This document shows positions 23,811 through 35,900 of a DNA stretch of 64,000 nt, piece by piece. Position numbers and translations under genes: made by a program. Position 1 is the first letter of the stretch; every line of letters begins with the position of its first letter. The notes beneath the pieces are model-generated. The model was not told where the DNA came from. It worked only from the letters and a program-made list of their open reading frames with translations, and searched no databases. The DNA is from Oopsacas minuta (Eukaryota > Animalia > Porifera): contig JAKMXF010000033.1 of the NCBI GenBank assembly GCA_024704765.1, positions 248,001-312,000 on the forward strand, written 5' to 3'.

Positions 23811-26800
23811 ATGCTACACATATTTTATGTAAATATCGGGCAGCTGATAAAACTGGAGAACCTCAACCTGGCAGCTGGAAGGTAATTATTTCCACAGTTT
23901 ATAATCGTAAAATCTCGTATATTTCACTAAAATATGTAGCTTCAGTGGAACATCGTTAATAGGAATACGGCTAATACGAATTTCCGGATAAGACGAACAA
24001 ATATTGGCACACAATCAGGTCCTTACAGTGGATATTCAATTGGTATTACTCCGGATAAGGCGAACAAAATTTGACCTTCCGTTGGTGTTCGTATTAACGA
24101 AGTTCCGCTGTATTTACCTTACATGCATGTGGCGGATATTTACAATTGAATGGGATTTTGTGTAATAATTGACTAAAATATGCGTTTGAATTCAGACCTT
24201 TTTAATTGTTTTAAGATGTTCAATTAAGAAGGCATAATTATATGAACATTAGCTTCTAGAATAATTACGAGCTAATCTATTCTATAATTAGAATTACAGC
24301 CCTTGGATTAGAAATATTTCTGCTAAATAATATGATATACACGACACAGCATCCTATTGTTTCGAATTTTGCTGTTTATTTGCTTTCCTTCCTTTTCCTA
24401 TGAGTGACAGAGACTTCTTGTAATTACGAATCTCTAAGTAAACTCTCTGGGATTTCTGAGCTCAATTGATAGGTATTCTCACAAACTATCTAACTTGTTA
24501 TAAAGTCCATCCGAAATTACGAAACCTTTCATTTTTCCTACAATTATGAAATAAGATAAAGTCAATGATCGCTCAATGTATTTAATACGTACACATTTCT
24601 AAGGATTTATTCCCATTATTACTGTACAATTTTATGCCATATACTAGCCACTAATATGATAAATACGATAAACAAGCTACGTAGAAAAGTGAATTTCCTT
24701 ACACTAGGAAATGATGTTAATCACTCAAATAGTGTACTTATTTCCTCATATACTCCTCCCTGCCCACTGTGTCTATCTGCTAATATGCTCGTTAGATATG
24801 AATATATATGTCGCATTCTTTTCACTGCATGATTAGCTCGTGTATCGTGCTATTACTTTATGCTATAGAGTTATGTAATGATTATTATCCAATTTTTAGT
24901 GTGTCAGATCTCCAGAGCAGTCTAGAGAATGAGACAGGAGTACCATCGCATAGCCAGCTCCTGCTGGTGTCAGGGGGCGTTACCATGGAGTCTTCACATA
25001 TCGTGTGTAATTATGGCGCTGGAACAGTGAGTAACCCTTAAATATTTCCCATTCCTATGATCCTATTCGTTGCTAGGAAGTGGTGATCCTTATTCATAAA
25101 TATTTCCTTCATGTAGGATACTAATCCAATATTCTTATTCTCCAAGACGATTATTGAGACATCAAATCCTCCAAACGTTATACCAACTGACAAAGGTACT
25201 TATCCTTGCGTTTATGACGCCACAAATATTTAATATTATTCCTTTGTATAGAGTTAGATGTACACAGCATCCTGAATAGGACTACAGCTCATACTAAATC
25301 TCTAGCAGCTCTGCAGCTTAAAACCAATGCAGCGCAGGTACGAACTATATCTGACCTACTTGTTACTAAATTAGTATCATAACACGTAATGCTATATCCT
25401 AATTAGAAATCTATACTTAGTACGACTAAATATGTATACGTGATTACGCATTTGACACAAGTTAATATTATAGGAGCTAGCTAAACATAGTCAACAGCTG
25501 GTTGAGGAATCTGAGGAATTAGCTCGTAGTCAGGCTCTACAGGGAAAAGGCTGGTATGCTGTCATGCAGAACTTAGACAGGAGTGTTAGGTATTTGTTTG
25601 TGACGTCACGATTATTGTATTCTACTGTTTTATGGCTGTTTCCTTTCTAAGAGCTTTCTCCACTCATTATGATAAATTGAAAGAAATGGTAGGCTCTATT
25701 CAAGAGAACAGATCTTACTATCAAACTCTATTATCTACGTAAGTTTTGGTAATTAATATACATAGAATATTGGAAGTTATATATTCTGTATTAGCTATGA
25801 AGAAGATCTGGATATTTTAAGGAAATTACCATTCTTTGATTGCTTCAATGCTAATTGTTCAGAGCTACTACTCGGCAGTTCCTTTGTAGCTCCCAAAGGG
25901 TTTACTTGTCTTCTCGACTGGATAGAAGCTCAGGTATGTATTTGATATAACTTTCTTTAATCTGAATAGTGTCTGTATGTTTATTTTGTATATTTTTAGG
26001 ATCCTAATTCGACTGTTGGACAGCTGGCTGAGGAGAGCCAAACAGGACTTTCTCAGGTAAATATCCCTAAGAGTATTCCTCTAAAGGCCCGATCTGGGGA
26101 AATTTTGCTGATATTATATGATGTATTGATATTATTGTGTATTAATAATACCTAACAATTATTTTAGTTCCAGAACAATGAAGAAATTAAATCACTTATG
26201 ATGACGTCACAGGAAATTATAGGTTAGCCTCTTATAACTGATGTTATACTTAATATCTTTATACATTTCTACGGTCATAGATTGTGTTGATAACGACAGG
26301 ATGAGGAAGATTAAAGGACTAGAAGAGAGGCTCAGGACATTGCAGAACTTTCTGAGAGGAGCTCAAGAGATCTTACAGTCACAAATAGACAGAGCAAAGG
26401 TAACTATTAGTCTAGACAGATTTAATATATTATAGCATACTTGTAGTAAATTGTAAATAGTTTCTCTGGCAATATATAATTGTGTTAGAACAATATTATC
26501 GATAAATCGATAATTGTGATTATCCTCCAGATATTTCTGACAATAGCTCATTGTATAATTGTATTACTCGCCTACTTTACCACAATTATTAGTGTCCTGA
26601 GTCATTATTCTTATGTGGAGCTAGTAGTCTATTTGTGTGGCAGATTATTTATAGCAGGCAGCCATACGGGTAATTATATTCAATCTATTGCTTGTGGTTG
26701 TATAATCTCTGCAATTCTTAGGGATTACAGCAGCAAAGCCATCGAGCAATAACAACAAATGATACGAGTATACTCCCAGACTTGTTTGATATACAACAAC

Positions 26801-29800
26801 AACAACTAACTGTTATGTACAATAACTGTCAACAACTTGTGTAAGTTCAATGTTCTTAAGCGGGTTCTAATAATTTGAGATATTTATGTGATTTATTGTC
26901 TGTAGAGATATCAGAGATAAGTTCTTTATGACTAAACAAGAACTCACTAATAACCTGCATCAGAGATTAATGTAAGTATTATTAAGAAATTTAATTTGGG
27001 GTTGATTATTAGCACGAAGGGGAGGGGAGGGGAGGAGAGGGAACATTGTCTCTCGCAGTTTTGGCACCTATAACGAGTAATGTCTACACAAACTCTATGA
27101 GAAATATCCATGAATTTCCATGTTTATTAATGTTATTAATTAGGTGGGTGAAATCAATAGAGAGTGAGTTAGTTAATTCTCATTCTAAATCTATTCTATT
27201 CATCGGTAACAGCAAGAGACTACACAAACGGTGAGTATTGATTTCAAAAATAATTGCTCGTATAAGTAATTGCGTTTATCTTTGGAAATTTTCGTTAGAT
27301 TCGAGATTTTGTCTCAGATCCATCAAGCCCCTACTATCTATATTAATTGTATTAATGAAGTGCTACGTAGAAGAGATTACTCAAAGCAATTCAATACGGT
27401 AATTATTATTATTTATTTCGGTGATATTTGAAATTATTATCTTTATTTGTGTACAGTGGTCTGGAGATGTAGCTAACCTCGCTACAACAGTGAGAGATAG
27501 CGAGTTGGAGAGTAGGAAAAGTTTCCTAGACGGGAATGGTTGGTAACAAATAAGTCATGTAATTATTCAACTAGTTAACGATAAATATTATTAATAGGCC
27601 ACCATTTTATTCTGAGTTTATTCCCTGGCATGGCAGATCTACCATCTTCATTTGCTGTGAGTTTTATTGACAAAACTGTCTACTTTGCACAGTAATTTAT
27701 TGCACGATTACTTAGACTAACATCAAACCTAAAATTGACGAAGCTCTACCTGATTTGCAAGTTGAGAGCATTTCTGAAGCTATGCAGAGATTTCCCAGTG
27801 ACCTCGCAGCCTCTATCAAGTAAGTATATACCATTTCTAGTTATTTGTAGGAATGATTTATACATGTTAATCCTCCTATGCGTGTCCTTATATTATTAGC
27901 TCATACATTCCTCATGATATATCTATGAAATTATTACATCTTTTAGCTTGAAGAATGATCAAGTATTATACGCTTCTACTACGAACCAAATGGTAAGCAT
28001 TTATAATAGGTTATTCGCAGTAGAACTCGGGTAAGATATACCCCTCAAAATTTAGTACGTACTAACCGAAAGTACGTCTTAAGTCGAGTTCTACTATATT
28101 CCCTTGTTCTGCTATTATCTTATTATTAACAGTTGCTTGAGGTTGTCTCATCTCTAACTTTTGAACTTTATGAGATAACTGGTAGCTTTTCTTTACAACT
28201 ATTAAAGTTTAACAAGTGAAACCTGAGATTTCTTTTGTAATTTACTAACAAAATTCATTGAAATATTATTCTATTTAGAGCACTCAAGAAGCAGACATAC
28301 TCCATCAACACAGTAAACATGTTGAACAACTAAATGAACAGATATTAAACATGAACAATGAACACGAAATTGAAAGATCTACATTACTAGCAACAATTGA
28401 ATCTCATAAGAAGCAAAATGAAGAGCTCTTAACTCAGAAAATTACTCTAGAAACGTCTCTCGCTGGTATTAACACACAGCTTACCGTAGCAATGAAGAAC
28501 TCAGATAAACTACACTCTCAATTGGAAGGTCAGACTGCGTCTGTTCATGCATACGAGGCTAGAGTTAACGAGCTTAACGAACAACTAGATATATTCCGCA
28601 GCGAGATGGAGGAGACAGTAAAATCTAATAAACAACTGACCACACAACAAGATGCTATAGCCCAGGCTTATCAAGTTGAAAAACTGAGAAATGAAGAATT
28701 GGAGTCCCGTATATCTGTTTCAGAGGATTGTCTTAAGAATGTGAGAGAGGCGTTTGGACATGAGACAGGTAATGATCTGCTAGGCAGTGAAGTACAGAGA
28801 GTAGTCTTAGAAAACCAATCTCTGAAGACTAGCTTGGAACAGGTGAACATGGACGTTAGTTTGAAGGAGAGCACTGGAGATGAATTGAAGAGGGAGGTAA
28901 ATACACTTAGGTCTAACCTAGAAACCATAGAGAAAGATAGGAATGTGTTACGTCACTCCCTGGATGAGGTTATGCAGGATAGCAAAGATTTGGGATTAGA
29001 ACGAGCAAAGTTTGAGAGAGATATCTACGCAGAGAGACACAAATGTGAGAGAGAACTGGAAAGACAGAGAGAAGAGATAGAACGACAACACTCTGCAAGA
29101 ATAGATAATGTATGTTTTTATTTATTTTATTTAGAATCTGTTTAACCGCACTGAATTACTGGAACAATCCCTTACAATCAATGAATCACACACACAGTTT
29201 AATATGCTGTATAGAACATAGCTAACGAACTGTTCTAATTGCAACTCAAGAATTTTCAATCCTTTTTGATATATTAAAATCTGTACTGCGGATAAACAGT
29301 ATTAATATTTGACCTACCAATTATGTAGATGAGAAGACTACATAATGGTGAGATAGTAGAGTTACGAGCTCAGTTATCAGAGCTGAGAGAGAAGAGAGAG
29401 AGTGAGAGGAGGACCAGTTGGAATCACAAAGAAGTTGAGACTATCAAGAAACTAGCAATAGCTAGCTCACCTCCTGGTACTGATACTGGTAACATGATGT
29501 TACTAGAAAATCTAGTACGTGAACATAAAGCTGAGCTAGAGGCTAAGGATAGAACTATAAAGGAAATGATACAGAGGGAGAATGCAGATACACTTTCTAG
29601 ACGGGAATTAGAAGCAAGGGTAAGATTTATACCTACCGTAAATGTAGCAAAGTTTCACCGGTTATATCAACTTCGAGTTGGCTGTACATTAAACTTGCAC
29701 GATCACTTTAGATACGGGATAATTCAAGAACTTCAGATGCTCACCATCGTTCTGAAATAATTATATCACAACAGCCTGGCTATGAGCAAGCTCAAGCTAC

Positions 29801-31414
29801 CCCCTTCCAAGCTCTGTTACCTCACCCTTCTTTCCCTGAAACAGATTCTAATACAATAAATACACTACTTGATGAGTACAAGTCTAAACTGTATTCACGC
29901 ATTGGTAAGAATAGTTGTAGAATAATTTGGAGATTTCCAATTGAATAAACATTGTAGGGACCTGATTTTGTGTATATATTTCTTAGTAGGAAATTCGTAT
30001 TGACCACAGGTTCCACTGTATTCAGTCGTTGTTAATTCAATTACTCTAGGTGTTGAGTCAAATCCTATGATGACAATGACTCCCTCGTCAATGGAAGGCA
30101 GCTACGTATCTCTGGGAGAAGATACAGAAGATTATATCAGTAAAATAACAGAGGATATGTGTATGAGAATAACAGAAGCGAAAGACGAGCTCACTCGAGA
30201 ACTTCAAACATATCAACGAGACCTTGGGCAAACTAGTACTAGATGCAAACATTTGGAGACTCTTAACCAGAAAATAAAGAAGAAATATAAAGACGAGATT
30301 GAGCTACAGAAGAGCAAGGACAAGGTGTGAAAACATGATCAAACCGTCTCACAATACAAATTACATACCTCATAAATAACATTATACATATTCTGTTGTA
30401 ATAACATTACTCATTCATTATTTTATGCAATTCTATTGCAGTAATAAAATGAATCATTTCCTGCTTTCTAGGTACAAGATTTGGATTCTAAATTTCAATC
30501 TTCGCAGGACTATTTGTGAGTAGGCTATGAACTCCATAAATATTAATTAACACATAAGATCCAGCTGTTTAATAATTTTATGCGATTCTTAATCTGTAGT
30601 GAACCTTCTTCGCTTGAGTTTGGTCCTACAAGTTTCTGTGTATTAGATGATCAAATGGAGAATAGTGAAATGAATATATTCAGACGACAGGTGAGCTATT
30701 CTCTCACAGAATATTCTAGAACATTCTTAATGAATTACTTATAGGTTCCAATCCATCTCAGCCCTCCTATCCCTATCAGACAGTCAATACCACCTCTACA
30801 GAAATGGGAACAGCTCTCACCCCTAGACGAAATGGAGAGAGCTGCACTTAAAGAGTTAGTTATTATTAATTAAATATTACTACAGCGGATGCCGGTTATC
30901 TTATAACCGACATATAATACTATCTTCTCTATAGTTTTAAGGTTGGGGATATCGTAATATTCTTCAATGATCATCTCAAGAACTACATAGCTATCAGTAC
31001 TAAAGATCCAATATACTACATGCATGATGAATGTATAAAACAATATTCTGATGACAAGAGAGAAGCCCCCAGGTATAATATGTCCTATCATAATATTGCT
31101 ATAACGTTAAAAGATATGATTGTATTATCATTTTATCCTGTAGGAGCTTCGTGTTTGGTAAGGTAACCAGTCATCCAGAATGTTGTAAAATTGTAAAGGT
31201 ATGTTCTTTTGTTTATCAGCTGTTATAATATTTTGTATTTTGTATGTGTACGCGGGATTAATTGAGAATTGATAGAGCTACGAACGTTAGATCCAGAAAA
31301 TATTCGCAAAATTCTGCACCTTTCTTAGCACCTAAATCTATGTAGGTATCCAGAAGACGCCACCTCCCAGTGGGTACAGTATTCTACAGACTTAAAGTAA
31401 GCATATATCCGTGA
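23811..31414 (+). CDS. RB1CC1: RB1-inducible coiled-coil protein 1 (FIP200/Atg11-Atg17 autophagy scaffold), many exons
   Basis: Exon 1 MLHIFYVNIGQLIKLENLNLAAGS| splices in phase to VSDLQSSLENETGVPSHSQLLLVSGG...YGAGT|DTNPIFLFSK (ubiquitin-like domain); long coiled coil 28351-30330; Claw domain FKVGDIVIF...YYMHDEC|...VFGKV...|LPVGTVFYRLKV*. Confidence 0.9.
23943..24110. mobile_element. MITE family C in RB1CC1 intron 1; reverse partial copy near 9570-9682
   Basis: TIRs cagtggaacatcgttaata / tattaacgaagttccgctg|ta; internal repeat ccggataag.cgaacaaa. Confidence 0.75.
27017..27042 (+). repeat. Purine-only (GGGGA)n-like tract in RB1CC1 intron
   Basis: aaggggaggggaggggaggagaggg. Confidence 0.7.
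28018..28096. mobile_element. Short MITE (family E) in RB1CC1 intron
   Basis: cagtagaactcgggtaaga / tcttaagtcgagttctacta|ta. Confidence 0.6.
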
Positions 31415-31683
31415 ATTCCTGAACAGCGAGTGATTGCCCATTGTGTTCATATATTAATGATGCTCGATTTTTCAACTGTCATGGACTCTCCCATTAACTT
31501 GTATATACACGTATATATAATACTTTTGTTCTGATTCATGTCTCGATCCTTATTTATGTCAAATCGCACAATTTTATTCTATATTAATGCTCTGTGTTAA
31601 CTTGACTATGAACTCAATGTTTAAACAAATATTTGAAAGCGAATGCATCCATTAGTGATGATCAATTGGCGACAGTAATTTGT

Positions 31684-31790
31684 CAGTGGATGGCAGATAT
31701 AAGAACACCGGGTATAAGCACCATCCTCTGGAAACGGTTCTGTATATCTTATGCCCGTTATAGGAATATGTATTGCTACTGCAAACTGTA
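31684..31790. mobile_element. Diverged MITE family B copy upstream of RPL7
   Basis: cagtggatgg...ataagaa...atcctctggaaacggttct aligns by eye with 18933-19036. Confidence 0.55.
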
Positions 31791-31841
31791 TATCACGGAC
31801 GGGAGCATTAATAAGTTATGAATAGCTAGCTACTGGTATAA

Positions 31842-32688
31842 ATGGCTGATAAAGAAAAGGAAATAGCCCCCGCTGCTGAAAAGACTCCGCCAGCTAAAAC
31901 AGAGAAGAAGAAGAGAGTACCAAAAGTACCAGAGAGTATACTCAAGAAGAGGAAAACTCTTAAGAGAATAACAGACGCTAGGAAGAAGGCTAAGACGATT
32001 GGTCGTAAGAAAGGTATAGTAAGGCGTAAGGTTATTTTCAAGAGGGCAGAAGCTTATGTCCGTGAGTATCGTAAGAGAGAGAAAGATGAAATTAGACTAC
32101 GTAGACTAGCTAAGAAGCAGGGAAATTTCTATGTACAAGATGAACCTAAACTAGCCTTTGTTATTAGGATTAGAGGAATTAATGGAGTTAGTCCTCAAGT
32201 TAGAAAGATACTACAGCTACTCAGGTATATATCTGTTGTCTTATTTGTTTATTTGTTTGTTTATTATATTCCATTACAGGCTACGACAAATCAACAATGG
32301 AGTATTTATTCGTATCAATAAAGCTACTCATAACATGCTACGGCTAGTAGAGCCTTACATAGCTTGGGGATATCCTAACCTCAAAAGTGTACGAGAGCTG
32401 ATATATAAGAGAGGATTCGGTAAGATCCATGGCCAGAGAATAGCTCTAACTAATAACGGACTGATCCGTAATTCTCTGGGATCTAAGGGCATAATCTGTA
32501 TGGAGGATTTGATTCATCAGATATTCACTGTTGGACCTCATTTCAAGAGAACTAGCAATTTCCTGTGGCCCTTCAAGTTGTCTCACCCTAAAGGAGGGAT
32601 GTCTAAGAAGGGTACACATTTCGTAGAAGGAGGGGACTACGGTAATCGTGAGCAGTACATCAATAACATGATTAGACGAATGAATTGA
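31842..32688 (+). CDS. RPL7: 60S ribosomal protein L7 (uL30); intron 32225-32279
   Basis: [38 protein letters not shown]|[40 protein letters not shown]. Confidence 0.98.
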
Positions 32689-32921
32689 TGTACTAACTTT
32701 CTTAGATGGGAGATTAGTTAATTAGAATATTAGGATATTTGTAGGGATAGCAATTAGCGTATAAGTATATTTCCACGTAATGTCATTAATTATAAGATAG
32801 GATCAGGAAACAGGGAATATCGCGGTCTATGGGAGAGGTCCATCGCCTCAAATTTTGGTTTAATGATAAATCTATGGAGATATATTTATTTGTTATTTAC
32901 TGAACACAAAAAGCTAGCAAA

Positions 32922-35900
32922 ATGGCTTCTAGATCTAGGCCGTCTAAACGCAGAGGAGGTAGGATGCAGCGACGAAACTTCAATAATCCTCTCTCACGCC
33001 ATCCTAGATTCCCCTTTGTGTCGCCTGGACCTCCTCCTATCCCAACGGGAGACCCTACTCAGAGACAAGTACTAAGCGAGAGAGCAACTCAATCAGAGGA
33101 GACCAGCTACTTGAGGGAATATCTTAAAACATTTCTACTCCCTTTAACTGAAGAAGGTTATGAAAGGATTCTTCCCAGGAAAATACTGAACACTTCCAAA
33201 TTGTTTCGTAAACTTCTAAGACTAGAATACTTGTGTGTAAATATTTTCAAAGAAACTCTGGCGGTATTGACTTGCTCAGCCCTATGCGACCGGGATTACA
33301 AACAATCAGATGCTGTTATTAAAGTTTATGAAATAATCGAATCGAATAAAAGAATTCAACTTGAAACATTAATTCCTCTTACACTGGAGCAACCAATTCC
33401 TGAAACTGGAAGTTACATATATTTCGAGGAAAAAAAGCTACTTGTACTACAAATATCAAAATTACTCGCATCTTATACTTTTGAAGATAAAGTAAAGAAA
33501 AAGGTTCTAAATCTGTTAGTGGATAATCTCAATTATGAGAAAACCCACAATAAATTGGATGCAAAATACATTACAGATACATTACAGATACATAAAGTGA
33601 TTTTAGATAACATTAGATTAACATGTGCTAATAATTCTCCTGTGAATACAGCCAAAAGCCTATCACAATTCATTACTTACATGTTACCGAGTTTAGAAGA
33701 GCTCATCGGTCACGTGATACCCATTAAACCGAAACCATTGATAATAAAAGGTGCATACAAAGACACTAAATCGTTTCTTAAGATACACTATGACCTCTTA
33801 AGAGAAGACATGGTACAACCATTACGTCACGCGATCAAGGACTATCTTACAGGAGATGAGAAGGTTAGAAGGTTACTGTTCATCTACAACGAAGTTAAAT
33901 TCCTATACCCAGAGTGTGAACAGAACCAGGGATTAATGTATAGACTACAATTCAATGTAAGTGGTGTCAAGGATGTTAATAAGATAAAATGGGATAGATG
34001 TGAAAGACTTAAATTTGGTACTCTACTGTGTATTGTAGAGGAGCATGATGGGAGAGCAGAGTTCAGAGATATTCTATGGGCAATCGTATCTGACAGAAAC
34101 ACGAGAACTCTCCAAAATAAAATGGAGATCTGTGTTAAGTTCCCATGTGGCTTCGAGCCTCGGGTGAACTTCTCTCAGACCTACATTATGTTGGAGTCTA
34201 GGGAAGTATATTTTGAGAGTTACTGTCATACATTAAGTATCCTACACAGCATGAAAGAGATGCCATTCACTGAAGTATTGCTAGGAAAACCCTTACAAAT
34301 CGAACATCCTAAATATCTCTGTGATAATACACTATTCAATCTCTCCTCTATATTCCCAGATATTGATAATCCAGTATTTCCCTGTCTCGGTAAATGGCCA
34401 GACACTTCTCCCAAGTTGGATAGCAGTCAGTATAAAGCACTACGTCTTGCTCTTACTAAGGAGGTTAGCTTGATACAAGGCCCTCCGGGTACAGGAAAAA
34501 CATACGTAGGAGCACTGACACTAGAAATAATGTTACAAACAAAACAAGCTTATCATCTTACTCTCAGATCTCACCTGTTTTCTGACGAAGAACCTGAAGA
34601 AGAAATGGAAGAAATTCCCCCCCAGAATATTTCAATTCCTTCAACGGTATATCAAGATAATTATATGCAAGCATTAGAATCTCCTATACTAATTATTACT
34701 TATACGAATCATGCATTGGACCAGTTCTTATTGTTACTACTGAAATTCGAATCTAAGATAGTGAGGATAGGATCGAATATAGAACAAGATGAACTCCGTC
34801 CGCACAGCTTAAATGAGATTAGAAGATCGCTCTTGCCTCCGAGGAGTAGGGAAGAACCAGAGGAAAAGATCTTTTTGCCGAAACATATGTTCGAACTGAA
34901 GAAGAAGAGAGGACAGCTGATGAATCAAGCTTGGGATATAAAAGAGGAAATGGCTCAAATAGCTAAGAAACTTACACACAATTATGTTTCATTTAGTGAT
35001 ATGAGAAATATTTGTAGTGAATATCAAGTAAAGAGTATTGATAAGGCTCTGAAATTTAGAGATGAAACGAATGACCATGTACTAATCCGCTGGCGAAGAG
35101 GTTCTGCTTCTTATATACAACCGACCCCGGCTCCTACAGCCCCTATCTCTCAACAATGGAGACAAGATGAGACAGAATACATACATTCTGCAAGTGATGA
35201 TGAAGATGAAGTAGAAGGTAGATACAAAGAAAAAGAAGATATCAGTGAATTCATCGAGAAAAAGAAACGAATAGCCGTGTGGGATAATCTACATCAAGTA
35301 CTGTCTCAATACGAGTTAAATCAGCTTATTTCAAACATGCCAGATACTCCCAAACATCTCCAAGATGTGACTGATCTATGGATACTTTCAGGAGAAAATC
35401 GAGAGAAATTGTATAACCACTGGCTGGATTTAAAACATAAGCTATTATTACTAATGGTAGAAGAGCGATCAGAGCAATACGCACTATTATGCGACGACGT
35501 TAAGAAGGTGAATAGAGAGATAGACTTGTACATCCTTCAAGAAGCTGCTGTTGTCGGAATGACTACTACAGGAGCTGCACGAAACTCTGAACTTATCCGA
35601 CAACTAAATCCCCGGATAATATTCGTAGAGGAAGCAGCTGAAGTACTAGAAGCACATATAATTGCTTCTCTCACGAAACACGTACAGCATCTTATTCTTA
35701 TCGGAGATCATCAACAGCTGAGGCCCTCAAATGCTGATTACACTCTGGCGATAAATGCAAACCTTAACGTATCTCTATTTGAGAGATTAATAAAGAATAA
35801 AGTAGAACATGTCACTCTACAACACCAACACAGGATGAGACCTGAGATTTCCCAGCTGATCCGTCCTATATACCCACACCTTATAGATCATGATGTTGTT

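Noticed and set aside
31633-31821. 62 aa ORF upstream of RPL7
   Set aside because: Mostly overlaps a family B MITE copy.
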